Source: an uncultured Clostridia bacterium (lineage in GTDB: Bacteria > Bacillota > Clostridia > Peptostreptococcales > Anaerovoracaceae). Taken from it: 64,000 bases of DNA. The DNA lies in NCBI GenBank assembly GCA_945828095.1, contig CALZOZ010000001.1, positions 4,652-68,651 on the forward strand, in the 5' to 3' direction. A model generated the notes under the pieces. The model did no database searches. It was not told the origin of the DNA and worked only from the letters and a program-made list of their open reading frames with translations. The translations under genes were made by a program, and so were the position numbers. Position 1 is the first letter of the stretch; each line of letters begins with the position of its first letter. Shown here one piece after another: positions 45,450 to 55,106 of this stretch.

Positions 45450-46235
45450 ATGACGAGAACCGAGCTGCAAAGGGAATATGAAAGGATATGCCGGGATTGG
45501 ATATCTAATGAAATTCGCTCCGCAGAGGATCTGGATGTACTTCTTCATAATTATAGAATATTGTTTGCATATAACTCCAACGTTATTGAAAATCCTCAGA
45601 CTACCATTCATGACACACGGGAGATATTTGAGAACGGCAAGGTGATCAACTATACCGGGGATTTGCGAACATTGTTTGAAATTGAAAATCAGAAAATCTG
45701 CTATGATTATCTGAAGGATTATATTATACGCAGAGAGCCTCTTTCTCCGGAACTTATCTGTTCCATTCATAAGAAGCTGATGGCAAAATGCTATGATGAA
45801 AGCAGGTATCAAAAGGGTGAGCGACCGGGAACCTTTAAGATTCATGACTATATTACAGGTGACGGTGTCGGGGCACTTCCGGAAGACGTTCCGGGGGAAA
45901 TATCTGAGCTTTGCAGGGAGGTCAATGATTTTGACGGCAGCGGCGCAGATGTGCTGACGGCAGGTGCATATCTGCATCTTGTGTTTGAATCTATTCATCC
46001 CTTTGCCGATGGAAACGGAAGAGTTGGCAGGACATTGATGAATTATTATTTTATGACCCATGATCACCCGCCGCTGATTATTTTCGAGGATAACAAAGAC
46101 ACCTATTATGCGGCATTGGCCGTTTTTGATAAGACCGGCAAGTTGGATGGATTTAAACTCTTTCTCCAGGATCAGACGGTCAGAACATGGAAGAGAGAGA
46201 ATATGAGAAGAAAGAATCTGAACGCATATCTTTAG
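45450..46235 (+). CDS. Fic-family protein
   Basis: HPFADGNGRVGR (HxFx[D/E]GNGRxxR). N-terminal SNVIEN fits the inhibitory (S/T)xxxE(G/N) motif. Confidence 0.85.
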   Translation: MTRTELQREYERICRDWISNEIRSAEDLDVLLHNYRILFAYNSNVIENPQTTIHDTREIFENGKVINYTGDLRTLFEIENQKICYDYLKDYIIRREPLSPELICSIHKKLMAKCYDESRYQKGERPGTFKIHDYITGDGVGALPEDVPGEISELCREVNDFDGSGADVLTAGAYLHLVFESIHPFADGNGRVGRTLMNYYFMTHDHPPLIIFEDNKDTYYAALAVFDKTGKLDGFKLFLQDQTVRTWKRENMRRKNLNAYL

Positions 46236-46298
46236 TGCAGGTAAGTAAACTATAACAAACTATTTGAAATCTGCTGCTGTAAGGTGTATACTAAGCAT

Positions 46299-46462
46299 AC
46301 GGATCAGAAGGTTCGGGACTTCTTTAGAAAAAGAAGCAAGCAAAAGCGGGTAGATTTAAAACGGGGAAATAACGAGAAAATAACGAGAAAATACAAAGAT
46401 ATTATTGCCACGAAGGCAGTGCGAAAGTGGAGAAGCACTTGTTTTCGTGGTTTTTTGTTTTT
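46299..46462 (+). ncRNA. candidate small RNA (orphan promoter plus terminator unit)
   Basis: TTGAAA-N17-TATACT at 46264..46292. Internal hairpins (CTTCTTT-AGAA-AAAGAAG). Terminator CCACGAA...TTCGTGG (46408..46450) followed by T6GT5. No RBS/ATG ORF inside. The TSS is predicted, not observed. Confidence 0.3.
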
Positions 46463-46837
46463 GGAAAACGGGTATCGTATCCAAAGTTGATTGTGTGCCA
46501 AGAGTTTTATGCATTATTTTCTCATAGAACCTCGCAAACGTTGAAATTAAACACGCAGTGAGAAAAACGACTTAAAGACAAATAGTGATAAAATACAATA
46601 AATCCTATATTATAACAAATATGGGTGTCATTACGCCCGCTTCAGAGTGCTTTTTTGTTGATATGAGGTAATTAAAAAGCAGTTGCGAATTTCCTTTTTC
46701 CCATTTTAATTATTTTTATGCGGGATACAGGGTTTCGTAAGAAAAAAATGTATAAAATGTAGCGCAGATCAGCTGCAAGTTGAAAAACTAGTGCAATTGC
46801 TACTGTTTTGTTTTTGAATATATTGGAGGAAATTGAA

Positions 46838-47584
46838 ATGGAGTTAAGAGAATTCTTCATTGAAAATAGTGAGGCGGCAATAGCCTTTTCCGGCGGTGTT
46901 GACTCGGCATATCTTTTAAGTCAGGCGGTAAAGTATGCCACCAGAGTAAAGGCATATTATGTGAAAAGCTGTTTTCAGCCGGAGTTTGAGCTGGAAGATG
47001 CCCTGAGGCTGGCAGAAGAGCTTGGTGCCCATATGGAGGTCCTGGAACTGGGAGCTTCGGTTCTGGACGAAAAGGTTGCATCAAATCCGCCCGACCGCTG
47101 CTATTACTGCAAGAAAAAAATCATGGGAGCAATCAAGGAGGCTGCTGCAAAGGACGGGTTTGGCATAATTCTGGACGGCACCAATGCTTCCGACGATGCG
47201 GGAGACAGACCGGGAATGAAGGCTCTCGGCGAAATGAAGATACTTTCGCCCCTGAGAATATGCGGATTGACTAAGGATGAAATCAGGAGGCTTTCCAAGG
47301 AGAAAGGGTTGTTTACCTGGGATAAGCCGGCATATGCCTGCCTTGCCACAAGAATTCCGACGGGCGTGGCTATTTCCCCGGAAATCCTCATGAAAGTGGA
47401 AAAGGCTGAGTCAGCCCTCATGGCTATGGGATTTTCAGATTTCAGGGTAAGAGCATTCGGTGGCGGTGCAAGGCTGCAGCTTAAAGAATCGCAGATGGCA
47501 GATGCTCTTAATAAACGAGAAGAAATAGTAAAGGCACTGAAGCCTTTCTTTAATGAAATACTGCTGGACATGGAGGCAAGATAA
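46838..47584 (+). CDS. larE: ATP-dependent sacrificial sulfur transferase
   Basis: PP-loop AFSGGVDSAYL; conserved CYYCK. ATG 46838 behind GGAGG. Confidence 0.85.
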   Translation: MELREFFIENSEAAIAFSGGVDSAYLLSQAVKYATRVKAYYVKSCFQPEFELEDALRLAEELGAHMEVLELGASVLDEKVASNPPDRCYYCKKKIMGAIKEAAAKDGFGIILDGTNASDDAGDRPGMKALGEMKILSPLRICGLTKDEIRRLSKEKGLFTWDKPAYACLATRIPTGVAISPEILMKVEKAESALMAMGFSDFRVRAFGGGARLQLKESQMADALNKREEIVKALKPFFNEILLDMEAR

Positions 47585-48342
47585 TGGAAAACAAAGATAT
47601 AAAAGAATTAATTACAGGAGTTGCAGAAGGAAGCGTCTCGGTGGAAGATGCACTGCTTGAGCTAAAAAAAGCTCCTTTTGAGGAAATCGGAATAGCGTCC
47701 CTGGACCACCACAGAGCCATAAGGCAGGGTGCTGCAGAGGTGGTCTATGGAGCAGGCAAGACGCCGGAACAGATAAACCCTATAATAAGGAACCTCTGGG
47801 AAAGAGGACAGAGAACAATCCTCATAACCAGACTTTCCCCGGAAAAAGCCGATAAAATAGACCCTTCACTTCCTTTCACATATTACGAGGAAGCAAGGCT
47901 TGGTCTGGTGGGAGAAAAGCAGAAGCCGAAGCACAGCGGATATATTCTGGTCGCCACAGGAGGCACCAGTGACATTCCTGTGGCCGAGGAAGCGGCACTC
48001 ACTGCCGAAATTATGGGAAACAATGTGAAGCGTATATACGATGTGGGAGTGGCCGGCCTTCACAGGCTTCTTGCTCACATGGATGACATTATGAATGCGA
48101 GAGTCATAATCGCCATCGCCGGAATGGAAGGAGCTTTGGCCAGCGTAATCGGCGGACTGGCAAGCTGCCCTGTTATTGCAGTACCTACCAGTGTTGGTTA
48201 CGGCACGGCACTGGGCGGTGTGACGGCCCTTCTTTCTATGCTCAACTCCTGTGCCAGCGGAGTCAGCGTGGTAAACATCGATAACGGCTTTGGAGCAGGA
48301 TATCTGGCAGGACAGATTAACAATATGGAGGCGGCAGAATAA
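47584..48342 (+). CDS. larB: nickel-pincer cofactor biosynthesis protein (NaAD carboxylase/hydrolase)
   Basis: LDHHRAIRQGAAEVVYGAGK plus a PurE-like C-terminus (ATGGTSDIPVAEEA). TAATG overlap with larE. Confidence 0.85.
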   Translation: MENKDIKELITGVAEGSVSVEDALLELKKAPFEEIGIASLDHHRAIRQGAAEVVYGAGKTPEQINPIIRNLWERGQRTILITRLSPEKADKIDPSLPFTYYEEARLGLVGEKQKPKHSGYILVATGGTSDIPVAEEAALTAEIMGNNVKRIYDVGVAGLHRLLAHMDDIMNARVIIAIAGMEGALASVIGGLASCPVIAVPTSVGYGTALGGVTALLSMLNSCASGVSVVNIDNGFGAGYLAGQINNMEAAE

Positions 48343-49547
48343 TGAAAACTTTATATATAGAATGTAAGATGGGAATAGCAGGTGACATGCTCATGGGGGC
48401 GTTGTACGAGCTGCTTGATGATGATAAACGCACAGAATTTCTCAAAGCCATAAACGGTGCCGGAATACCGGGGGTTCAGGTAAAGGTTCAGGAAAGCATC
48501 AAGTGCGGAATAAAGGGTACTCACATGAAGGTTAAGGTCTTTGGCGAGGAAGAGGGCCACAATCACGGAAATGGTCATCACCACCATGAACATCACGGTC
48601 TGCATGACATAGAAGAGATAATAAGGGGATTGAAGCTTTCTCAGAAAGTAAAAGAAAAAGCCCTCATCGTTTACAGCCGAATTGCAGAGGCAGAGGCAGC
48701 TGTTCACGGAGAAAAGCCGGAGCACATTCATTTTCACGAGGTGGGAAGTCTAGATGCGGTCACCGATGTAACCGGCTGCTGCCTTCTCATGGAAATGGTG
48801 GGCGCGGAGAAAGTAATCTTTTCGCCGATAAACACGGGAAGCGGCACTGTTCATTGTGCCCACGGAATTCTCCATGTGCCGGCTCCGGCTACAGCAATGC
48901 TGCTTAAGGGAATTCCGGCATACAGCGGACAGATTGAGAGTGAGCTTTGCACGCCTACAGGAGCGGCTCTGGCAGGAGTGCTTGCAGATGAGTTCGGTCA
49001 TATGCCGGTTATGAGCACATCCCGAATTGGATACGGAATGGGTAATAAGGATTTTGAGCAGGCAAATTGCGTGAGAGCAATGGTGGGTGAGACAGGAGAA
49101 GGCGGTTTGACGACAGTTCCAAAAGAGTGCAGCCAGGTGGTTGAACTTGCCGCCAACATTGACGATATGACGGGAGAGGAACTGGGCTTTGCTGTAGAAA
49201 TGCTTCTTGAAGGCGGCGCGCTGGATGTCTACACACAACCGATTTACATGAAAAAGTCAAGGCCGGCGGTAAAGCTCTGTGTAATTGCAGCTCCTGAGGA
49301 AGCAGAGAGGATGGCACAGCTGATTTTCCGCTATACTACAACTCTGGGTATCAGGCAGTACCTCTGCCATAGGTATGAACTTGAAAGACATTTTGATAAG
49401 AAAGCCACACCTTTTGGAGAAATTACCGTAAAGATTTCTAAAGGGTATGGCGTTACCAAAGAGAAATATGAATATGAAGAATTGGCTGAGATTGCCCGCA
49501 GAGAGGGTATTTCTCTGGCTGAAGCAAGGAAAAGAATAGATGAGTAA
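48342..49547 (+). CDS. larC: nickel insertion protein
   Basis: MKTLYIECKMGIAGDM N-terminus; His-rich HNHGNGHHHHEHHGLHD. TAATG overlap with larB. Confidence 0.85.
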   Translation: MKTLYIECKMGIAGDMLMGALYELLDDDKRTEFLKAINGAGIPGVQVKVQESIKCGIKGTHMKVKVFGEEEGHNHGNGHHHHEHHGLHDIEEIIRGLKLSQKVKEKALIVYSRIAEAEAAVHGEKPEHIHFHEVGSLDAVTDVTGCCLLMEMVGAEKVIFSPINTGSGTVHCAHGILHVPAPATAMLLKGIPAYSGQIESELCTPTGAALAGVLADEFGHMPVMSTSRIGYGMGNKDFEQANCVRAMVGETGEGGLTTVPKECSQVVELAANIDDMTGEELGFAVEMLLEGGALDVYTQPIYMKKSRPAVKLCVIAAPEEAERMAQLIFRYTTTLGIRQYLCHRYELERHFDKKATPFGEITVKISKGYGVTKEKYEYEELAEIARREGISLAEARKRIDE

Positions 49548-50553
49548 GCTTTGGAAAGGGAGAATTGAATATGCTGCAATGATGCTGGCAAGGATGGTCG
49601 TGCTGATGTTGCTGCTTTCCATAATCATCTTTGTAATTGCAGATAAATGCCCGGGGGACCCCCTCAAGTCCTATTACGGCGACGGGGTGGAAAGGCTCAG
49701 CATAGAGGAAAGACAGGCTGCAGAGGCGAGGCTGGGTTTAGATCAGCCCCTTCCCACACGATATGGCAAATGGGTGAAGAATTTTATCAGAGGAGACCTG
49801 GGACTTTCCTATAAATACAAGCAGCCGGTGTCTGAGGTAATCGGCAGGATGTGGACAAACACTCTCATACTTGGAGGACTGGCCTATGTGCTGACCTTTG
49901 GACTTGCTGTCTGGCTGGGGAAGTTCTGCGCTCTTCATGAGGACAGCCCGGCCGACAGAGTAATCTGCAAAATCGGCGTAATAAGCGGCAACATTCCAGC
50001 TTTCTTCATGGCACTTCTGCTCATACTGATTTTTTCGGTGAATCTGAGGGTTCTTCCTGCGGGGGGTGCATATTCCTACGGCATGAGCGGAAGCATCGCC
50101 GACAGGCTCTATCATCTGGTGCTTCCGGTGACGGTGCTGGTGCTGGAACATCTCTGGTACTACGCCTACATGATCAGAAACAAGCTGGTGGAGGAAACCC
50201 GGCAGGATTACGTACTCCTGTGCAAGGCGGAAGGCATGCCGCGGAAGACCATTATAAGCAAAAGCTGTATGCGTAACATCATGCCGTCTTTGCTGGTTAT
50301 GATGGCTGTTTCGGTGCCTCACATTCTAGGCGGAACCTATGTGGTGGAGACGGTGTTTTCATATCCGGGACTTGGTACCCTCAGCTTCGAAAGTGCCATG
50401 TACAAGGACTATAACATGCTGATGGCACTGTGCATGATCACAGGGCTGGTGATGCTTGTTTTTAATATGATGGCAAAGGTTATCAACGAATTTATAGATC
50501 CGAGGATGCAGTATGAAAAGACGGCTGAGGAGGTGGCAGGATATGAAGCGTAA
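49540..50553 (+). CDS. ABC transporter permease (NikB/DppB/OppB type)
   Basis: BPD-transporter fold; 8-nt overlap with larC. Confidence 0.85.
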   Translation: MSKLWKGRIEYAAMMLARMVVLMLLLSIIIFVIADKCPGDPLKSYYGDGVERLSIEERQAAEARLGLDQPLPTRYGKWVKNFIRGDLGLSYKYKQPVSEVIGRMWTNTLILGGLAYVLTFGLAVWLGKFCALHEDSPADRVICKIGVISGNIPAFFMALLLILIFSVNLRVLPAGGAYSYGMSGSIADRLYHLVLPVTVLVLEHLWYYAYMIRNKLVEETRQDYVLLCKAEGMPRKTIISKSCMRNIMPSLLVMMAVSVPHILGGTYVVETVFSYPGLGTLSFESAMYKDYNMLMALCMITGLVMLVFNMMAKVINEFIDPRMQYEKTAEEVAGYEA

Positions 50554-51355
50554 GCCATATTTATCCGGGGCCATTCTGGCGATTATAATTTTATGCTGCC
50601 TTCTGGCAAAGGTTATAGCTCCTTTTGGAAGCTCGGAGATGGACCCGGCGGCTGTGAGCATGGCTCCGAATGCAGGACATATATTCGGAACGGACGCCAT
50701 GGGAAGGGACCTTTTTTCTATGCTTTTATACGGAGGCAGGGCATCTATATATATAGGCCTTATGGCGGCGGCTGTTTCTACAGTTATAGCTGTGGTTTAC
50801 GGTGCTGTCAGCGGCATGGCGGGCCGGATAGCTGACAGTATGATGATGGGATTTGCGGAGCTTATCATGAGCGTTCCATCTATTTTACTCATACTGTTTT
50901 TGCAGGCCATATGGGGCAATCCGTCGGCTACATCCATTGCGCTGGCTATCGGATTAACGGGATGGATGAACATGGCTAAAGTGGTAAGAAGCGAAGTTCG
51001 CCAGATAGGAAAGAGCGATTATATTCTGGCGGCCAAGACCATGGGGGCGGATTTTGGGTATATCTTAAAAAAACATCTGCTGCCAAACTTCATTTCTTCC
51101 ATAATGTATATGGTAGTGACCGCCATAGGACAGGCTATGATAACAGAATCCACACTGAGCTTTTTGGGGCTGGGGCTTCCCCTGACCACCGTTTCCTGGG
51201 GCAGTCTCATGTCCATGTCAGAGTCGGTGCTGCTGTCAAACTGCTGGTGGCTCATCGTGATACCGGGAACAATACTTGTAATTACCTTGGTATGCATCAC
51301 CCAGCTTGGAGAGTACATAAGGAGAGGAAACAACCGGATGCACAGTAATTTATAG
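50543..51355 (+). CDS. ABC transporter permease (NikC/DppC/OppC type)
   Basis: GTDAMGRDLFS motif. Start at ATG 50543 behind GGAGG. Confidence 0.85.
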   Translation: MKRKPYLSGAILAIIILCCLLAKVIAPFGSSEMDPAAVSMAPNAGHIFGTDAMGRDLFSMLLYGGRASIYIGLMAAAVSTVIAVVYGAVSGMAGRIADSMMMGFAELIMSVPSILLILFLQAIWGNPSATSIALAIGLTGWMNMAKVVRSEVRQIGKSDYILAAKTMGADFGYILKKHLLPNFISSIMYMVVTAIGQAMITESTLSFLGLGLPLTTVSWGSLMSMSESVLLSNCWWLIVIPGTILVITLVCITQLGEYIRRGNNRMHSNL

Positions 51356-51370
51356 GAGAAAGGAGTTTTT

Positions 51371-52957
51371 ATGAGGAAGAAATCCGTAGTTTATATCCTG
51401 TGTCTGCTGATTATTGCAGTAATGCTGTTTACGGCAGGATGCGCAGGAAATGGAGAAAACTCAAATATAGACAGAAGCAATACGCTGATATACGGCAGCG
51501 GTGATTATACGGCTATTAATCCGGCCCTATACGAGCATGGTGAAATAAATGCCCTGATTTTTGCGGGTCTGACGGCACATGATGCACAGAACAACGTGGT
51601 GCCGGGGCTTGCCGAAAGCTGGGACTTTGACAAGAAAACCAATACATATACCTTTAAACTGCGAGAGGGTCTTACCTTTCATGACGGGGAGCCTTTGACA
51701 TCTGAGGACGTGAAGTTTACACTGGAGGCCATCCTTGACCCTGCCAACGGGTCTGAGATCATTTCAAACTATACAGATATCGAGGAAATCGCCTGCCCGG
51801 ATGAGATGACAGTAAAGATAAAACTATCGCAGCCCAATGTGGCCTTTCCTGATTATATGACCATAGGAATTCTGCCTAAGCATATCCTTGAAGGAGAGGA
51901 CCTTGCCACCTGCGACTTTAACCGCAATCCTGTGGGAGCAGGACCTTACAAGCTGACAGATTGGGATATGGGACAGAGCATCACCATGGAGCGTTTTGAA
52001 AATTACTACGGGGGAGAGCCCAATATTGAAAAAGTTATCTTCAAAATTGTTCCGGACACGGACGCTCGTGCCATGCAGCTGAAGTCCGGCGCAATAGACA
52101 TGGCGCAGATAACTGCCAAAACAGCAGCCTCTTTTGATGAAGAGGACTATCCGGGAGCCCATGAGTTTGTTGTATACAGAATGAAAACTGCCGATTACCG
52201 GGCTATAGCGTATAACTTCAATCACCCGTTTTTTGCTGAAAATCCGGAGCTTGCCAACATACTAAGCTATGCCATAGACCGTCAGGCCATTGTGGAAAGC
52301 GTGCTTCTGGGAGAAGGTGAGGCGGCGTATTCACCTCTTCAGGCCGGGGAATACAGCAATGACAGTATAGAAAAATTTGAGTATAATCCGGATAAATGCA
52401 AGGAACTTTTGGAGGCTGCAGGCTGGAAAAAAGGAGCAGACGGATATTATGAAAAGAACGGACAGCAGCTGGCTTTTGTGATTTCAGCTATGGCTGATGA
52501 TAAAGTGCGTGTGGACATGGCGGTTATGTGTGCGGCACAGCTTCAGAAAGTTGGAGCAAATGTTACCGCAGAAACCAGACCTTCTCTGGACTGGACAGGG
52601 CAGTACGCCTGCATTATCGGCTGGGGCAGTCCTTTTGATCCGGATGACCATACATACAAGGTGTTTTCTACGGACGCCGGGGACAATTACACCGGATACT
52701 CCAACGCTCAGATTGACCAGCTGCTTGCAGAGGCAAGACACACTGAGAATGCTGCCAAGCGAACAGAGCTTTATGACCAGTTCCAGGCGGTTATGACTGA
52801 AGCTATGCCATACACCTTCATAGCCTACGTGGATGCAGACTATGCAATGAAGGCCAATATTAAGGGAATCACTGAAAACACAGTATTGGGACACCACGGA
52901 GTGGGTGTATTCCACAACATTGCAGAATGGACTATAGAAAATGAACAGAATTCTTGA
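51371..52957 (+). CDS. ABC transporter substrate-binding lipoprotein, family 5 (Nik/Opp/Dpp)
   Basis: Lipobox FTAGCAG; 528 aa; family-5 SBP signatures. Confidence 0.85.
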   Translation: MRKKSVVYILCLLIIAVMLFTAGCAGNGENSNIDRSNTLIYGSGDYTAINPALYEHGEINALIFAGLTAHDAQNNVVPGLAESWDFDKKTNTYTFKLREGLTFHDGEPLTSEDVKFTLEAILDPANGSEIISNYTDIEEIACPDEMTVKIKLSQPNVAFPDYMTIGILPKHILEGEDLATCDFNRNPVGAGPYKLTDWDMGQSITMERFENYYGGEPNIEKVIFKIVPDTDARAMQLKSGAIDMAQITAKTAASFDEEDYPGAHEFVVYRMKTADYRAIAYNFNHPFFAENPELANILSYAIDRQAIVESVLLGEGEAAYSPLQAGEYSNDSIEKFEYNPDKCKELLEAAGWKKGADGYYEKNGQQLAFVISAMADDKVRVDMAVMCAAQLQKVGANVTAETRPSLDWTGQYACIIGWGSPFDPDDHTYKVFSTDAGDNYTGYSNAQIDQLLAEARHTENAAKRTELYDQFQAVMTEAMPYTFIAYVDADYAMKANIKGITENTVLGHHGVGVFHNIAEWTIENEQNS

Positions 52958-54443
52958 TATAGAAAACTTCAAATTGTCATTTTACGGTTCCCACGGCAGG
53001 GTGCCGGCTGTGCGAGGAGTAAATCTTTATGTGGAAGCAGGAGAGACGCTGGCATTAGTGGGAGAATCGGGATGCGGTAAAACTGCTCTCTGCCGGTCCA
53101 TCCTGGGACTTCACCGCAGCCATGCAAAGGTGGAGGACGGAAGTATAACTTTGTCAGGACTTAAGGTCACGGAAATGACCGATAGGCAGATGGAAAAGGT
53201 AAGAGGAAAACAGGCCGCAATGATTTTTCAGGACCCGATGACATCTCTCAATCCCACCTTTTCCATTGGAAGCCAGATAAGAGATGCAATTCTCCTACAT
53301 GAGGACATAAGCAAGGCGGGAGCCAAAGCCAAGACCGTTGAGCTGCTTAAGATGGTTGAAATTCCTCAGGCAGAAGAGAGATACAGACAGTATCCTCATC
53401 ATTTCAGCGGCGGTATGAGGCAAAGAGCAGCTATAGCCATAGCTCTGGCCTGTAATCCTGCACTCATTATTGCCGATGAACCCACCACAGCTTTGGACAT
53501 AAAAACACAGAACGAGATAATGGGGCTGTTGAAGCGGATTTGTCGGGAGCAGGGAAAGGCTATGCTGTTTGTTACCCATGATTTGGGACTGGCTGAAAAA
53601 CTGGCTGACAGAACGGCAGTCATGAAGGAAGGGCTCATTATAGAACAGGGTGAGACAGCGGAGATTTTCAGCAATCCTAAGGAGGAATATACCAAGAAGC
53701 TACTGGGCTATGTGGCCTACGGCAAAGGCACCTCCCACTATCACGGCCGTCGCCATGGGCAGGCAGAGGAATCGGGGACATCTCGAATTTATGAGAGAGA
53801 GCCGGCAGTTATCATAGAAAATCTAAAGAAATCATTTCCTCTGGGCAAGAAAAACTTCAGGCCTGTGCTTAAAGGGTTTAATCTTACTATTGAAAAAGGT
53901 GAAATCGTAGGCCTGGTTGGGCCATCGGGCTGCGGCAAATCTACACTGGCCAGATGCATTATGGGCATCTATAAGCCGGAGGGAGGTACCATAACCATTG
54001 CAGATGGATTGAAGAAGCAGATGATATTTCAGGATTCAGCCTCAGCATTTAATCCCAGAATGAAACTTTGGGAGATAATAGCCGAACCGGCGGAAATCGA
54101 AGCCTTAAACAAACATAGAAAGCTGAAAAAAACAGAGCTTTACAATATGGCAGCGGAAGCAGCAGACTCCTGCGGTCTTGAAAAGGAGCTGCTTGACAGA
54201 TATCCTTATGATGTGTCAGGGGGACAGCGACAAAGAGCCGCAATAGCCAGAGCGCTGATAACATCGCCTGATTTTATAATTGCTGATGAACCTATATCAT
54301 CCCTTGATGTTCCGGTTCAATCGCAGATCATCCACCTGCTTAAAAAACTACACGACGAAAGAAATCTGACTATGCTGATTATCTCTCACGATATTACCAT
54401 GGTGGAGCACGTCAGCGACCGCGTTTTGTATATTGATGAATAA
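52941..54443 (+). CDS. fused double ATP-binding protein of a Nik/Opp-type ABC transporter
   Basis: Two Walker A motifs (GESGCGKT, GPSGCGKS) and two signature motifs (FSGGMRQR, VSGGQRQR). Confidence 0.9.
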   Translation: MNRILDIENFKLSFYGSHGRVPAVRGVNLYVEAGETLALVGESGCGKTALCRSILGLHRSHAKVEDGSITLSGLKVTEMTDRQMEKVRGKQAAMIFQDPMTSLNPTFSIGSQIRDAILLHEDISKAGAKAKTVELLKMVEIPQAEERYRQYPHHFSGGMRQRAAIAIALACNPALIIADEPTTALDIKTQNEIMGLLKRICREQGKAMLFVTHDLGLAEKLADRTAVMKEGLIIEQGETAEIFSNPKEEYTKKLLGYVAYGKGTSHYHGRRHGQAEESGTSRIYEREPAVIIENLKKSFPLGKKNFRPVLKGFNLTIEKGEIVGLVGPSGCGKSTLARCIMGIYKPEGGTITIADGLKKQMIFQDSASAFNPRMKLWEIIAEPAEIEALNKHRKLKKTELYNMAAEAADSCGLEKELLDRYPYDVSGGQRQRAAIARALITSPDFIIADEPISSLDVPVQSQIIHLLKKLHDERNLTMLIISHDITMVEHVSDRVLYIDE

Positions 54444-54490
54444 AATTTCAAGGCGTATAAGAACGAAAATATAAGACAAAAACGGAAAAA

Positions 54491-54515
54491 GGCTTCTCTT
54501 GCGAGAAGCCTTTTT
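54491..54515. terminator. bidirectional terminator
   Basis: AAAAA-GGCTTCTC-TTGC-GAGAAGCC-TTTTT. Confidence 0.7.
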
Positions 54516-54645
54516 CCTGAAAGTGTGTGTGTATTCAATAAAAGAAGGAAAGTTTGCTATTTGTTCCTCATCCCCTCAGAACACCTTAATAATAACATTC
54601 AAAAGTGAAGGATGAGTGATGTTTTTATAAATTATTGTGTTTATT

Positions 54646-55086
54646 TTACCATGCTATTGCTGAAAAGTCAATAAACTCCCAGGCGATTTTATCGCCTTCC
54701 TGAATAATCTGCTCTTCTGCGGTGAGCATTCCCATTTCTCCATTGACCGTGAAAACCCAGCCTGTCTGTTTATTGTAATCGCCTTCGGTTAAACCGGCAA
54801 TTTCGGTAACATAGCCCTTTGATGTGTCTACAGAAATGGAAATGTCGTGGGATATGCAATAAAGCTGGGTAGCCTCAAGAACGCTAGACCCCTCTTCGGC
54901 GATGAATGGATCATCCTTTATTTCATCGAATTCCTCAAGTGTCAGGTCGTCTTCGCCGTCAAGAAGCGAAAAACTCAGATTGACAGGATTCACAATAGGG
55001 GTTTCCTCTGTCTGAGGTTTGTCTGTGCAGGATGACATTGCAAAAATTAATGCCAATATGCAAAATACGCTTAATAGTTTTTTCAT
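54646..55086 (-). CDS. DUF4430-domain lipoprotein
   Basis: Lipobox AMSSC; C-terminal GWVFTVNGEM...GDKIAWEF, typical of DUF4430. Confidence 0.6.
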   Translation of the reverse strand: MKKLLSVFCILALIFAMSSCTDKPQTEETPIVNPVNLSFSLLDGEDDLTLEEFDEIKDDPFIAEEGSSVLEATQLYCISHDISISVDTSKGYVTEIAGLTEGDYNKQTGWVFTVNGEMGMLTAEEQIIQEGDKIAWEFIDFSAIAW

Positions 55087-55106
55087 CTGAATTTTCCTCC
55101 TGAAAG

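Noticed and set aside
45324-46067. 247-aa ORF on the minus strand
   Set aside because: Antisense shadow of the Fic gene, which carries the HPFADGNGRVGR motif on the plus strand.
46375-46400. Tandem AATAACGAGAA repeat considered as a CRISPR or VNTR
   Set aside because: Only two 11-nt units with no spacers. There is no repeat-spacer periodicity anywhere in the window.
46284-46490. 68-aa very basic ORF (MYTKHTDQKVRDFFRKRSKQKR...)
   Set aside because: GTG start with no RBS, lying inside or upstream of the predicted -10. The ORF reads straight through a strong terminator hairpin. More likely non-coding; see the sRNA candidate.
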